DNA of 64,000 bases from a virus. Lineage: Duplodnaviria > Caudoviricetes. Positions 17,614 to 27,861 of the stretch are shown here, one piece after another (the first letter of the stretch is position 1; every line of letters starts with the position of its first letter). The DNA lies in the IMG/VR virus record IMGVR_UViG_3300044767_000023, positions 1 to 64,000 of that record, one strand, 5' to 3'. Under the pieces are notes generated by a model that saw nothing but the letters and a program-made list of their open reading frames with translations, did no database searches and had not been told where the DNA came from. The position numbers were made by a program, and so were the translations under genes.

Positions 17614-18024
17614 TTAACTAAAGATTTCATCAGCACGCACTTGTGTCAAAATGGCATCGGTGACGAGCGAAGTTTTCAGCGTCGTCACTTTCTTTTTATT
17701 CAGATCAACCGAGTGGTCGAGAAAAACGACATCCCAATTCTTGGCGTTGCCTGCTACACCACGCCACGCGGCCGCAGTCGCGGCTCGATACTCAGCATTA
17801 GTAAAGCGCCCAGCTAAATCAGTCGAGGAAAGTGATTTGCTCTTGGTGGTAATCGGAATAGTCGCAATGACGTTGTTACCAGCGTCAATCTGCGGCTGCG
17901 TGGCGCTCGCTCCCGGCACCCAAGTCCAAGTCGAACGATCATCACCCTTGCCGACCGACACACTGGCAACGGGCGATACTTCCGAAATTGCATCACTTAG
18001 TGTTCCAGCATCCATCACATCCAC
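17614..18024 (-). CDS. Putative tail fibre assembly/associated protein
   Basis: Immediately follows the long fibre gene. Confidence 0.55.
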   Translation of the reverse strand: MDVMDAGTLSDAISEVSPVASVSVGKGDDRSTWTWVPGASATQPQIDAGNNVIATIPITTKSKSLSSTDLAGRFTNAEYRAATAAAWRGVAGNAKNWDVVFLDHSVDLNKKKVTTLKTSLVTDAILTQVRADEIFS

Positions 18025-20600
18025 CCGTCAAAATAAATACCAGATTGGTGGTAAGCATCCCCAGCATCGCCATAAAATGTGACCGTCGAGCCGGTTGCGG
18101 CATACTCAATTGCAAGAAAAGTATGCACACCCAGAGCAGTCGTCGAAAATTCAGCAATCAGAGGACAGAACGTTGCCTGATTTGCTTCGGCAGTCGTACC
18201 GGAAAAGGCACTTGTTAAATCATAACCGATCCCGATCGCACCGCCATTAGTACCAGAAACAATGCCATGAAAGCGTGCAATAAATGCATCTTCCGCTAAA
18301 CCACAAACAAACTTGTGGCCAGCAAGTGAGTTGTTGTTGTATGCACGCCAAGCCGCCGTCGCATAGGTCCAGCTATCAGCTGGTTCGCGCATAAGCGAAC
18401 CAACCCGCCGCCGATTGTAGCAATTCCAAAGACCTAAAAATCCTGCGGTATTAGATGCCCCAAATATCCAATCGAGTTGTGAACTCCCATTGGACAGCGT
18501 TGTACCTACATACGTTCCCCGGCTCGCTGCCGGTCCATTGGTGATCGCAGCGTTGTTGAGCCAAATGCCATTGACGAGAACCAACGCCGTACCGGCAGAA
18601 CGGGTTGTATCACTGGTCCAATCGGGACCGTGACCCACTCGTATGGTGCCCGCATCATTCCACACGAACCAGTCATTGACCTTGAACACACCGATAGCGG
18701 CGGGCGATTTCGTCGTGTCGGTGGTGGCAACACTCAACTCGCTGAATGTCGTCATCACCATGTTAGTGCCATCGTATATCGGTAGCTTGTTGCCGACACA
18801 CGGTGTGTAGTAGATTGTTGTTTTTGCCGCTTGCGTCGTGATCATCACCGCCACGGCACTCTGCAATGTCAGACGGCCTTGCGGTGGAGTCATAAGCGCC
18901 GTTTTGACAAAGGCAGTGGTCGCAATCGACGTGTCGTTGTCGGTGGTCGCGGGTGTCGGTGCCTGTGGGTCACCAGTAAACGTCGGCGAGGCGAGAGGCG
19001 CTGCGCCAATGTCGCTCAATACGGTAGCAGTAGAGACCCCTTGAACGGTAGTTGCCGTCACCCACTTGGCGTATTGCCCGGTCGTGGGCGTGCCGGAATT
19101 GCTGACGTTGCCGCCACTCGAGGTCGAAGTAAGAACGCCGGCAGTAAAATCCAAGCCAGTGCTGACAGTGACCGTGCTCCAAGTGTTTGCTGCACTCCGA
19201 TAATAAATCGCGTTGGTGGCACTCGCCGCGGCGAGTGAAGTCAGATCACCATCGAGCGGTTGCCCACCCAACGTCGTCAGCATCGCCCCGACAGTCGTAT
19301 CATCAAGCACGGTGCGCGCCGCCGCCGTGACTGTCATCACCGAGGCTGTACCTGAGCCGGTGAAGTAAGGAGCGGCATCGGCGGCACTGGTAAGTCCCGC
19401 GATAGCCGTGAGCTCGCCATCGAGTGGCTGGCCACCTAAAGTGGCGAGCATCGCTCCTACGGTAGTGTCGTCAAGGACGGTGCGCGCCGCCGCCGTAATA
19501 GTCATCAGCGCCGCAGTGCCGGAACCAGTGAAGTAGGGCACTTGGTCGGCGGCGCTCGTCAATCCCGCAATCGCAGTAAGTTCGCCATCAAGCGGTTGCC
19601 CACCCAACGTCGTCAGCATAGCTCCTACGGTAGTGTCGTCGAGGACCGTCCGCGCCGCCGCGGTTACCGTCATAACTGCGGCGGTGCCGGAGCCGGTGAA
19701 GTAGGGAGCCGCATCAGCCGCACTGATAAGTCCGGCAATCGCAGTTAGCTCGGCATCGACCGGCTGCGCTCCCAAGGTCGTCCGCATATCGGAGGTAGTT
19801 AGATCATCGAGAACGGTCCTGGCCGCCGGCGTCAGGATGGCGAGCGCAGCCGTCCCTACACCAGTGTAATAGGCGAACCGATCGGCCGCGCTGGTCAGTC
19901 CGGCAATCGCGATTAGGTCGGCATCGAGCGGCTGGAAGTTGTCGGTGACGCTGACCCAACCTGCAGTCGCGGGACTGCCGGAAGTAACGACCCGGCCATA
20001 GACATCGCCATCACTCGGCGCTTCCTCGACAATACCTTGCGGCCCGGCCGGACCGGGATCGCCCGTTGGTCCGGTCGGACCGGCTGGTCCAGTTGCGCCT
20101 TGCGGTCCCGGGACTGTGCTGGCAGCTCCCACCGGTCCGGGCGGGCCAGCCGGACCGGTTGGACCAGCAGGCCCCACTGGACCGGGGGGACCACCGGGCG
20201 TGCCGGGATTGCCTTGCGGGCCTTGCGCACCTTGCGTCCCCGGCTGGCCGGTGACTGCGATCGTCCAGTCGGCGTGCGTTCCAGACCCGCTCTTGAGATC
20301 CATCAGGACGGTCACATCGGTGCCGTCGAAACTCTGGACTACTCCTTCCATCCAGGTGCCGGGCGTGCCAATCGAGGTCGCCCGCACTCGCTGCCCCGCA
20401 ATGAAGCTGAGGCCGTACTCCACCATCGTAAAGGTCTTGGCGATATTATCGACAATCAAATTCGAGGTCAGGCTGGTACCGGCAGCGCGCGGACCGGAGG
20501 CACCATAAGGCGCTGCCACCGCAATCGCAGTAGGAACATGATCGCCGGTCGGGGCGATGACCGGGCCGCGATCGACAACCGAGATGCTGAGGATGGTCAC
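18015..20600 (-). CDS. Long tail fibre protein with collagen segment and 56-aa repeats
   Basis: GPxGP collagen run, EAPSDG..YGR, four [13 protein letters not shown] repeats, [19 protein letters not shown] fibre motif. Confidence 0.9.
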   Translation of the reverse strand: MTILSISVVDRGPVIAPTGDHVPTAIAVAAPYGASGPRAAGTSLTSNLIVDNIAKTFTMVEYGLSFIAGQRVRATSIGTPGTWMEGVVQSFDGTDVTVLMDLKSGSGTHADWTIAVTGQPGTQGAQGPQGNPGTPGGPPGPVGPAGPTGPAGPPGPVGAASTVPGPQGATGPAGPTGPTGDPGPAGPQGIVEEAPSDGDVYGRVVTSGSPATAGWVSVTDNFQPLDADLIAIAGLTSAADRFAYYTGVGTAALAILTPAARTVLDDLTTSDMRTTLGAQPVDAELTAIAGLISAADAAPYFTGSGTAAVMTVTAAARTVLDDTTVGAMLTTLGGQPLDGELTAIAGLTSAADQVPYFTGSGTAALMTITAAARTVLDDTTVGAMLATLGGQPLDGELTAIAGLTSAADAAPYFTGSGTASVMTVTAAARTVLDDTTVGAMLTTLGGQPLDGDLTSLAAASATNAIYYRSAANTWSTVTVSTGLDFTAGVLTSTSSGGNVSNSGTPTTGQYAKWVTATTVQGVSTATVLSDIGAAPLASPTFTGDPQAPTPATTDNDTSIATTAFVKTALMTPPQGRLTLQSAVAVMITTQAAKTTIYYTPCVGNKLPIYDGTNMVMTTFSELSVATTDTTKSPAAIGVFKVNDWFVWNDAGTIRVGHGPDWTSDTTRSAGTALVLVNGIWLNNAAITNGPAASRGTYVGTTLSNGSSQLDWIFGASNTAGFLGLWNCYNRRRVGSLMREPADSWTYATAAWRAYNNNSLAGHKFVCGLAEDAFIARFHGIVSGTNGGAIGIGYDLTSAFSGTTAEANQATFCPLIAEFSTTALGVHTFLAIEYAATGSTVTFYGDAGDAYHQSGIYFDGWM
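19266..19937 (-). repeat. Four tandem 168-bp (56-aa) repeats inside the fibre gene
   Basis: e.g. GGTTGCCCACCCAACGTCGTCAGCAT recurs 336 bp apart. Confidence 0.9.
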
Positions 20601-20995
20601 CGGGTAATCCCTTCGCTAATCGTCAACGAGATCGTAACCACCCGGCGTCTGTGTTCAGCATCGGTGCCGACAATATCCGCGACATAGCCGGTGCTCGGCG
20701 TCTGATTTTTCATTTCGGAATTGGGAATATTGATCAGCAGGTAGCCGTAGTCTGGCGCAGTCCCGGTCACCAACATTCCGTTGGCGCTGCTGGCGCTGAT
20801 GATGACCTCGTGATTAGGAGGGGCCCGCCGCACTTCCATCTCGAATGAAATGCCGCGAATGTCTAGCTGTACGAAAGTTTCCGGCGAGCCGCCATCGCCG
20901 ACGAGGTACTTGATAGAGTCAACCCAATCCTCGTTGGTGCCGGTATCGACAACCAGCTCGACGAGCGGCATGGCTAGCAAGTTGGTTGCGGGCAT
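20597..20995 (-). CDS. Fibre/baseplate adaptor protein
   Basis: Start MPATNLL; [19 protein letters not shown] pattern; precedes fibre. Confidence 0.65.
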   Translation of the reverse strand: MPATNLLAMPLVELVVDTGTNEDWVDSIKYLVGDGGSPETFVQLDIRGISFEMEVRRAPPNHEVIISASSANGMLVTGTAPDYGYLLINIPNSEMKNQTPSTGYVADIVGTDAEHRRRVVTISLTISEGITR

Positions 20996-21006
20996 GGAAG
21001 GCGGCC

Positions 21007-21489
21007 TTACTTGATAGGCGTGATGGTCGGAGGCCAGATATTGTCGGCAGTGGGATCGGTCGGCATTGCCGTCCATGCGTTAGAAGCCGTGCGCACGTCA
21101 TTGACGTACTTCCAGGCCCGATCATATTCGCCTTTGAAGTCCTTGGCGTCTTGTGGCCAAACATTCGCATCGGCGCCGTATTGCGTTATGTAGCTTTGAT
21201 ATTGCGCGGTGTAGTTGCGTTGCTTGAATTCCGGGAAGACTAGGTTGATGCGGCGAGATGCCTCTTGCTGCAACACTGACTTGTAGTCTTCTCGCCAATT
21301 GGACGTCAGCAAAGTGCGGAAGGCGGCGCGATCCTGATGGATGTATTTGGTATCAACCCAGATCGCGGTGCAGTCCGGCCCGCCATATTCAATTGGCAAG
21401 GTCGGATCATTGTAGACCGAACGGACGCGCACCGGATTTTGCGCATCCTCAATCACTAGATCGTTGCGGAGGACGTATGCTTGTGCCAC
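21007..21489 (-). CDS. Tail fibre assembly-like protein
   Basis: EASRRINLVFPEFKQRN..VRTASN..PTDPTADNIWP. Confidence 0.65.
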   Translation of the reverse strand: MAQAYVLRNDLVIEDAQNPVRVRSVYNDPTLPIEYGGPDCTAIWVDTKYIHQDRAAFRTLLTSNWREDYKSVLQQEASRRINLVFPEFKQRNYTAQYQSYITQYGADANVWPQDAKDFKGEYDRAWKYVNDVRTASNAWTAMPTDPTADNIWPPTITPIK

Positions 21490-21501
21490 TTGGTAGCCTC
21501 C

Positions 21502-23187
21502 TTATGCGCTGACAACCACCGCGCCAAAGGCGCTCATCGGTCCGTTGGCGGTAGGCGAAGAGGTGCTGAACCCGCCACCAGCAGTCGAGTCGAGTACGAG
21601 CATGTAGCTCAAAGGCCCAGCTGCAACGTCAGCGCTCACATTGCCGCTATGTTGGCTAGTCAACGAAGTTGCTTGGGCAGCATCGCTACAGCCGATCCCA
21701 ACGTTGCCATTGAAGTTCGACCAACCATGATCGCAGCCAAGCCAGGAATTTTGGTTGCAGTAGAAACCATTAAGCGAGCCGCCGAACATTCCGCTGTGGT
21801 CAAAAGCGAAGACGGCACCAGTAGTCGCGAGCGCACCGTAACGGAAGCAACCGGATGCGTGGGTGTAGCTCCCGATAATCGTTCCGCCGCCATAATATCC
21901 GCAGTCTAGTCCCCAGCAGCTAACATTGAATGTTTTGATCAAACGATTATTGCGAACCGTCACACCAATCCATCTCGCAACTGCATCACCGCTATAGGCG
22001 TTTGGACCGGTGACCAAAATATCTTGGATGGTAGGAGTGCCCGGTCCGACATTCTCGATGCCGGCGGTAAAGGCGGGATTGCCGGGAACCTGAACCTCGG
22101 TGCCGAACTTGGTGCGCAGCATGGCAATGTTGTTAGCCGAGTCGGCGGCCCGCGCGCCGGAACTGCTGCCGGTCTGAGCGAAGTTGCCGGAAGTCAAATT
22201 GCCGGCAGTAAGCATCGTGCCTTTGATAATAATGCGATCGGCGTTGGCGTGATTGACCGAGAAAGGCGCAATCACGCTGGTCGCAATCTGCACCGTCAAG
22301 GTGGCATTCTGCGCGATGGTCTTGCGGCGGATCGCCAGCAAGGCTGCATCCACGGTGGCGTAGGCGCTAGGAACTGAGAGCGTGGTATTGGCCGAGATGA
22401 TCGGGTTGGGCTGGATCCAGAAGTTAGTACCGTCGTAGAGGAACAACACCACGTCGCCGACCGCGAGGTCGCCTTGCAGCAGGGGACTGGTACCGCCGCC
22501 ATTGGCGCGGATGGCCTTGTCGGCCAGACCGTTGACACGCAGGACGCTGGCGCCGGTGCAGGTGTTGGCAATCTTGACGAGCAGAGGATCGCCGGCAGTC
22601 AGGGTGGTAATAGCGGGAGAGAAATTGGCAATGACGATATTGGGGGTAGCCGAGCTATCGACGGTGTACGGGATTTTGATTAGGAACTCGGTGCCAGTAC
22701 CGGCACCACCGCCGCTCCCTAGAAAGTTGACCAGCTGGAAAGCCGAGCCGTCATAAACGAGCTCGCACACGCCACCAGCTGGCAGATCGCCGGCGGCGGT
22801 GCCGCCGCCATTCATTAGCTTGATCGCGACCCGGCCGGCGCCGGCATCAATAGTGGAAGCGCCGGTGCAGGTATTGGCGACCTTTACCTTGATCGGCAAG
22901 CCAACGGTGTAGGCGGTGAGCGGGGGATCGAGCGCCACCGAAAGCGTATTGACCGAGCCAGTATCCTGCACGTAGTTGGCACGCTGCGAACGGATGGCCT
23001 TCATCGCCTGCAGCAAGTCGGCATCACTGGGCGTGATGAAATTCTTGGTGATGATGTTTATCAGCTCCCGCTGCGGAAATTCAAACACCTCTGCAGGCGG
23101 GATCGAACCCGCGCGACTAATAGTTGGATCGCCGTTGATGTACGAAGCGTCGGTGTTAGCTACGCCGAATGGCTGTTGATATTCCAT
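21502..23187 (-). CDS. Baseplate-proximal tail fibre protein
   Basis: GSIPPA..PQRELINII..TPSDADLLQ N-terminus; duplicated KVANTCTGAS module; beta-helix-like C-terminus. Confidence 0.85.
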   Translation of the reverse strand: MEYQQPFGVANTDASYINGDPTISRAGSIPPAEVFEFPQRELINIITKNFITPSDADLLQAMKAIRSQRANYVQDTGSVNTLSVALDPPLTAYTVGLPIKVKVANTCTGASTIDAGAGRVAIKLMNGGGTAAGDLPAGGVCELVYDGSAFQLVNFLGSGGGAGTGTEFLIKIPYTVDSSATPNIVIANFSPAITTLTAGDPLLVKIANTCTGASVLRVNGLADKAIRANGGGTSPLLQGDLAVGDVVLFLYDGTNFWIQPNPIISANTTLSVPSAYATVDAALLAIRRKTIAQNATLTVQIATSVIAPFSVNHANADRIIIKGTMLTAGNLTSGNFAQTGSSSGARAADSANNIAMLRTKFGTEVQVPGNPAFTAGIENVGPGTPTIQDILVTGPNAYSGDAVARWIGVTVRNNRLIKTFNVSCWGLDCGYYGGGTIIGSYTHASGCFRYGALATTGAVFAFDHSGMFGGSLNGFYCNQNSWLGCDHGWSNFNGNVGIGCSDAAQATSLTSQHSGNVSADVAAGPLSYMLVLDSTAGGGFSTSSPTANGPMSAFGAVVVSA

Positions 23188-23196
23188 GGCTATCCT

Positions 23197-23931
23197 CTAT
23201 GGCGTTCCGTACATCGGATCGGTAGTCGCGGGAGATTGCGAGAAGTCAAACACCAACACAGTATGCGCGGGCTTCCAGCGATTGAGCAGGCACTGCAAAT
23301 CTTCGGGAACGCCCATGCGCAGGTGTGGATCAATTCCGGCTTGACCGCTGGCGGCCCGGAACCAAGACACCGAGACTTGGCCGACGTTTGCCGACCAGGC
23401 AAAGCGCATTTCCGGCGGACCTATGTACCAGCGAAAATTCTTGCTAGTGTCGAGGGTTCCGTCAGCCTTGAGCGGACGGGTCTCGCCCGCTTGACTGACG
23501 CCAGCCATGAATGGCGCCCACTCTTTGATCTCGATCGTGAAGCCGAGATAAGCCATCAAGTCGGTGAAGTATTTGCGCGACTGGCCGCCCATCCAAGTCA
23601 TGTAAAGCACGAGCATCTTCTGGCGCTCGGCGATCGTGGTGGCCTTGGGAAAGCAAGGATCAGGCAGGCCCCAAGCCCGCTCCCAATCCGGTAGCAGCTC
23701 GATGGTCTTGCGCGGGTCGCTCTCGCGTTCCAGCAGGTCGGCGGCGCGCCCGTCTACATAGCCCCAAAAGTTGTTGAGACCTTTCTTGACGTAGTAGGCG
23801 ACGCCTTCACTATCGCGTGGCCACGCAATGCCCCACGGCAGCAGGCTGATAAATGCGGACAGATAATCCAAGCCCGACCGGCGCATATGCCGGTCGCGTG
23901 GGATAAGCGGATTATTCGGATCAGCTGACAT
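23197..23931 (-). CDS. Baseplate protein Mu gp48/YmfQ (DUF2313)-like
   Basis: LLPWGIAWPR, ELLPDWERAWGLPD, WKPAHT. Confidence 0.9.
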   Translation of the reverse strand: MSADPNNPLIPRDRHMRRSGLDYLSAFISLLPWGIAWPRDSEGVAYYVKKGLNNFWGYVDGRAADLLERESDPRKTIELLPDWERAWGLPDPCFPKATTIAERQKMLVLYMTWMGGQSRKYFTDLMAYLGFTIEIKEWAPFMAGVSQAGETRPLKADGTLDTSKNFRWYIGPPEMRFAWSANVGQVSVSWFRAASGQAGIDPHLRMGVPEDLQCLLNRWKPAHTVLVFDFSQSPATTDPMYGTP

Positions 23932-25003
23932 AGACGATATCGCCAAGCACTGCCATATGGCCCATGCTCTCCATTACGTCGTCGGTGGTAGTCACGAGGC
24001 TGAACGAAACGACCCCGGGCGCATTCATAACCGCGGTGTACTTCCAGGCCGCGAAGATCGTCTGGCCGGGAGCGGCGAGCGCAAACAGCAAGTCGTGCAA
24101 GGACTGCTCGATGGCGGCGCGGACATCGGGAGTGTCCGGCTGCAGGTCGCGGATAAACACATCAATCGTATGCTTGACCGGAGCGAGCACCCAGAAGTCC
24201 TTGACCGCAACCGGGCGCACGGTGTCGATGTAGGCGGTGTCCCGCTGCAAGTCCTGCTCGGTCGGCCAGCCATCGTCATCGGCGCGTAGGTCGTCGAGCA
24301 GAACGCGGACGGTGACCGTGCCCATTCCCATCTCGTTTGGCGCGCACCATGCCCGGGTAACTCCGGGCACGGCTTTCGCCCAGCGCACATAGTCATGGGC
24401 TGCACCACCTTGCGGCGGTTGCCGGATGCGCTCCAGAACCCGAATGCGCAGGTTGTCGTCGCTCTCGGTTTCCGTTCCGCCCTCGAGCAGGAGGACCTCG
24501 GTGGAGGCATCGACGCCAAACGGCGGGTTGATAAAGTTCAGATTAGTACCGGCGGGCAGGTTACCGGCCGAGCCTGGGTCCAGCGCCCGGACGGTGACCG
24601 GAGTTGGCGCGCTATCGTAAATCGTGACTTGCTCCAACACCTCAAATTCCTGCTCGCTGAATAGCAGTCGAGCTCCCACCGGGATGACCGCGCCGAACCG
24701 GGTTGCGGTAGCGTTGACGGTCCCCTGCGCTAGCGTGGCGACCTTGCGTCCTACCGTGCCATCGGCATTGACTAGCCAGATGTCTCCATGGCGGTCGAGC
24801 CATTCGCTCTCGGCGGTGTCGGGCATCAGCATGCGCGACACCCACTCGATGAAGCGCAGCACCAGATGGCAAAGCCCGGCCTGCGTATCGGACATCACGC
24901 GCAGGACGTTGTTGCCAATCAGGATGGCACCGGACAACGCCGACGTTACCTCGTCGCGGACTAGGACGCGGGTTTGCTTTAAGGTGGGCGTGTTCCATGG
25001 CAT
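23921..25003 (-). CDS. Baseplate J / Mu gp47-like
   Basis: GGTETESDDNLR, PPQGGAAHDYVRWA..VPGVTRAW. Confidence 0.92.
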   Translation of the reverse strand: MPWNTPTLKQTRVLVRDEVTSALSGAILIGNNVLRVMSDTQAGLCHLVLRFIEWVSRMLMPDTAESEWLDRHGDIWLVNADGTVGRKVATLAQGTVNATATRFGAVIPVGARLLFSEQEFEVLEQVTIYDSAPTPVTVRALDPGSAGNLPAGTNLNFINPPFGVDASTEVLLLEGGTETESDDNLRIRVLERIRQPPQGGAAHDYVRWAKAVPGVTRAWCAPNEMGMGTVTVRVLLDDLRADDDGWPTEQDLQRDTAYIDTVRPVAVKDFWVLAPVKHTIDVFIRDLQPDTPDVRAAIEQSLHDLLFALAAPGQTIFAAWKYTAVMNAPGVVSFSLVTTTDDVMESMGHMAVLGDIVYVS

Positions 25004-25524
25004 TAGATGGTCACCACTTGATCCCAGAGATACGCGAATTGCATCTGGATGGCTTGCTTAGGCCCGCGGTACATCGTCACAAACACATCAATCTCTTGGC
25101 GGCCAACGCGTGCAGCTTTGACATCAACTGCAGTAGCGATGCCGCGAATGATGAAAGGTCGCAGCGCCTCGCGCGTGTACTGCTCACAGCGCATGACGGT
25201 AGAGCCTTCGATCGAGTTGGCATCGGTAATGCCTACTCGCATCAGCAACCAATTCTTGCAGCCGATCGGCCAGCCGTTCCAAATCTCCTCGGCGTCGAGG
25301 TCGCCCCACCAGCCGCGCCGGTCGGTGCTGTCCGGATCCGGCAGGGTGTCGGTCTCGGAGGCGAGTGCGTCGGTCAGGAGCGCCACCCTAACTGCGGTGG
25401 CTAGCTCCTCTTCCTCGCTCAGGCCTTGCGGTGATTGCAGCCAGTCTGTCAGGGTGCCGGGCAGCGCACCCTGCTGCTTCATCTCGGTTAGGGAGTTCAT
25501 CCCCTTGAGAAGGATATCGACCAT
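25003..25524 (-). CDS. Baseplate protein Mu gp46-like
   Basis: AVRVALLTD, DRRGWWGD, IGCKNWLL. Confidence 0.88.
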   Translation of the reverse strand: MVDILLKGMNSLTEMKQQGALPGTLTDWLQSPQGLSEEEELATAVRVALLTDALASETDTLPDPDSTDRRGWWGDLDAEEIWNGWPIGCKNWLLMRVGITDANSIEGSTVMRCEQYTREALRPFIIRGIATAVDVKAARVGRQEIDVFVTMYRGPKQAIQMQFAYLWDQVVTI

Positions 25525-26273
25525 CAGATGGAAGCCTTACTTAGCGCGCGAATGGTCCCTCGGCAGAAGGCCGGGTGCACGATCTTGTTGTCGGCCACGA
25601 TCTCGTCGTAGCGCGAGGCATCGGAATAGATGCGATAGGAAGTCGCCAGTGCCGGCATCGGGCTGAGGTAGTACCAAAGAATGCTTGGCAGCGGCATCGA
25701 GGTCTGGGCGAGGAAGCGTGCCAGTGTCGCGGCTAGGTTAACCAAGTCCTGATAAACCAGATTGTCGGCATCGTCCGCAGCCATGTCCTTGGCTAGGTCG
25801 AAGCTGGTCTTCATCCGGTCCTGCATAGCCTCGATGTCGTCGCGGCTTTCGAAGGTGGTGACAGCAATGATCTTGCATTGCGACGAGAGCGCATAGAAGA
25901 TGCCGGACTGCGCCGTCCATAACGCGCCCAGCGTTTCCGGGTCTTCGGAGCGCAGCTGGTCGAGTACCGGGTCGAGCTGCGTTACCGTGATCCCAGCCTC
26001 GACGGCAGCATTGAAGCAGGCCAGCATCCGGTCCGGCAGCGTGCTATCCTTAACCGAGGCCGCCACATGGGCGTTGAGATCGCCAACGCGGGTGCGCAAG
26101 TCCGAGCCTTCGCGGCCTTTGTTGGTAGCAGTAAAGCTGATGAGCTTTTCGGTCATCCGCTGAATGATGGCGGCGATCTCCGCATTCATCAGCCGCACAT
26201 TATAGCGGACTTGCAAATCAGAATTGATGATCCCGCCCGGCGGTTCCGGCGGAGTGAGGACTGGGTCAGTCAT
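25524..26273 (-). CDS. DNA circularization protein, C-terminal portion
   Basis: MPALATSYRIYSDASRYDEIVADNKIVHPAF. Confidence 0.75.
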   Translation of the reverse strand: MTDPVLTPPEPPGGIINSDLQVRYNVRLMNAEIAAIIQRMTEKLISFTATNKGREGSDLRTRVGDLNAHVAASVKDSTLPDRMLACFNAAVEAGITVTQLDPVLDQLRSEDPETLGALWTAQSGIFYALSSQCKIIAVTTFESRDDIEAMQDRMKTSFDLAKDMAADDADNLVYQDLVNLAATLARFLAQTSMPLPSILWYYLSPMPALATSYRIYSDASRYDEIVADNKIVHPAFCRGTIRALSKASI

Positions 26274-26275
26274 CG

Positions 26276-26944
26276 CTAACCCTCCTCACGGATTGCGCCC
26301 GGTCCGGAGAAGCGGCGGATCGCGGCCGGTCCCGGCGTCAGGCCTTGGCGGCCACCGATGCCGGCAGCACCGGTGTACTGGAATAACTTCTTGAACGAGC
26401 TCACCGTGGTGATATCAAACTTGGCGGTGGCCTGCTGCAGCAGCGCCTGGGTATCCTCGGCAACCGCGCGCGGGGCTTCGCCCGCCTCCACGAACGCCAA
26501 GTCAAACTCGTAATAAGCACCCTTCTGCCGGCTCTCGGAGATGCCATAACGCTCCACCATTACCATCATCGGCCCGCCGGAACTGGAGCCGTCCCGGCCG
26601 CCGCCGTAGGTCATCGAAAGCGTTGGGTGGATAAGCTCGCCGGGGCCGTCCATTTCCAAGGCCTCGACCAGCGCATTGCGTTGCGCTAGCAGGTTGCCGT
26701 AGGGCGCGCCGGGGCCGTGGTTTAGCTTGCGGTCGTTGAGGATGATGTATGCGCTAAACTGCCAGTGCACGGCCTCGCGTCCCATGTCCTCGGCATAAGG
26801 CAGGTTGCGCTTTGGGTACTGATGCACAACGGTCCGGCGGCCCGACGAGCGGCCACTGCTCTCGACGTGGAAGTACACGCCGCGAAATGACGCCATGCGC
26901 AGCGTGTCGCGCCACTCATTATGGACGTCAATGATCGCGCTCAT
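26276..26944 (-). CDS. DNA circularization protein N-terminal domain (DNA_circ_N)
   Basis: ASFRGVYF, GRRTVVHQYP, EDMGR, GPGELIHP. Confidence 0.9.
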   Translation of the reverse strand: MSAIIDVHNEWRDTLRMASFRGVYFHVESSGRSSGRRTVVHQYPKRNLPYAEDMGREAVHWQFSAYIILNDRKLNHGPGAPYGNLLAQRNALVEALEMDGPGELIHPTLSMTYGGGRDGSSSGGPMMVMVERYGISESRQKGAYYEFDLAFVEAGEAPRAVAEDTQALLQQATAKFDITTVSSFKKLFQYTGAAGIGGRQGLTPGPAAIRRFSGPGAIREEG

Positions 26945-27861
26945 TAAGACTTATCCTTCTCATCCTGCTTAACGAGGATCGGGACCGTCGCCCAGCAGCC
27001 GAACTCATCAACCCAAATGCGCATATCCTTGCAGCGAATATGGGTGTGCTCCTTGTCCACCAGGAAGGACTGCTTCTCATCGCCATAAAATCCAACGACC
27101 TTTTCCCCGGTTAGTTGGACGGTCGTAGAGCCATGCTTGACGGTGATGGTATTGCCGCCGCCATCTATGTCGATGAAGGTCGATGACTCCTTCTTGAGAA
27201 GTGGCCTTTGGCCTTCGGCTTTCTTCTTCTGCTGCTGTCCGCCACCACCGGCCGGAGCTGACTGCTGCGAGGAATCATCATCGACCTTGACGAGCTGCAA
27301 TCGGATTTTGTTTTTATCGGCGCGCGTGGAGAGGTAGGCACCGGGCTTCAGGCCGGACTTCTCATCACCGCCCGCGAAGTGCAGCTGGATGCCTTTGTCA
27401 GCTTGATGGTAAAGCGAGACATCGCCTTCACGGCCGCCGTGATCTTCCTTGCCTTGGCCGTCCTCGTTCTCCAACATCATCTGATGGCGCGGGTCTTGCA
27501 GGTTCTGGACCGAGGGATCGGAGCGGCTGCCATTAGCGTACGAGGTAAGGCCAACCGCACTCTTTCCTTTCGGCTGGTCGTCATCTTCGAACGCGCCGCC
27601 GCCACCATTGCCAGCGGACTCGCCGTCACCACCGCCGCCCTTTTCGCCGCCGCCTTTGTCTTCCTCCTCGTCCTGCTTGGCGGGCCAATAGGCAAACCCG
27701 TAAGGCTGCACAATCGGCACGCCTTTGGGACTGTCGTTGCGGCCCGCATCAAGGTCGGCGCTGGGGAAGATAGTGTTGTGCTTGACCTTGCGCGTGGTGG
27801 CGCGCGAGGAGCTGCCGAGCTTGGCAGAGTGTGCAGAACTTCCGACCGTCTCTCTTCTCAT
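26944..27861 (-). CDS. Baseplate spike, Mu gp45-like
   Basis: QPYGF, NGSRSDP..DPRH, EGDVSLY; position between gp44-like and gp46-like genes. Confidence 0.7.
   Translation of the reverse strand: MRRETVGSSAHSAKLGSSSRATTRKVKHNTIFPSADLDAGRNDSPKGVPIVQPYGFAYWPAKQDEEEDKGGGEKGGGGDGESAGNGGGGAFEDDDQPKGKSAVGLTSYANGSRSDPSVQNLQDPRHQMMLENEDGQGKEDHGGREGDVSLYHQADKGIQLHFAGGDEKSGLKPGAYLSTRADKNKIRLQLVKVDDDSSQQSAPAGGGGQQQKKKAEGQRPLLKKESSTFIDIDGGGNTITVKHGSTTVQLTGEKVVGFYGDEKQSFLVDKEHTHIRCKDMRIWVDEFGCWATVPILVKQDEKDKS

Noticed and set aside
19266-19937. Diversity-generating retroelement TR/VR pair or invertible fibre cassette
   Set aside because: Repeats are in-frame tandem structural repeats with synonymous, not adenine-specific, differences; no reverse transcriptase or invertase in the window
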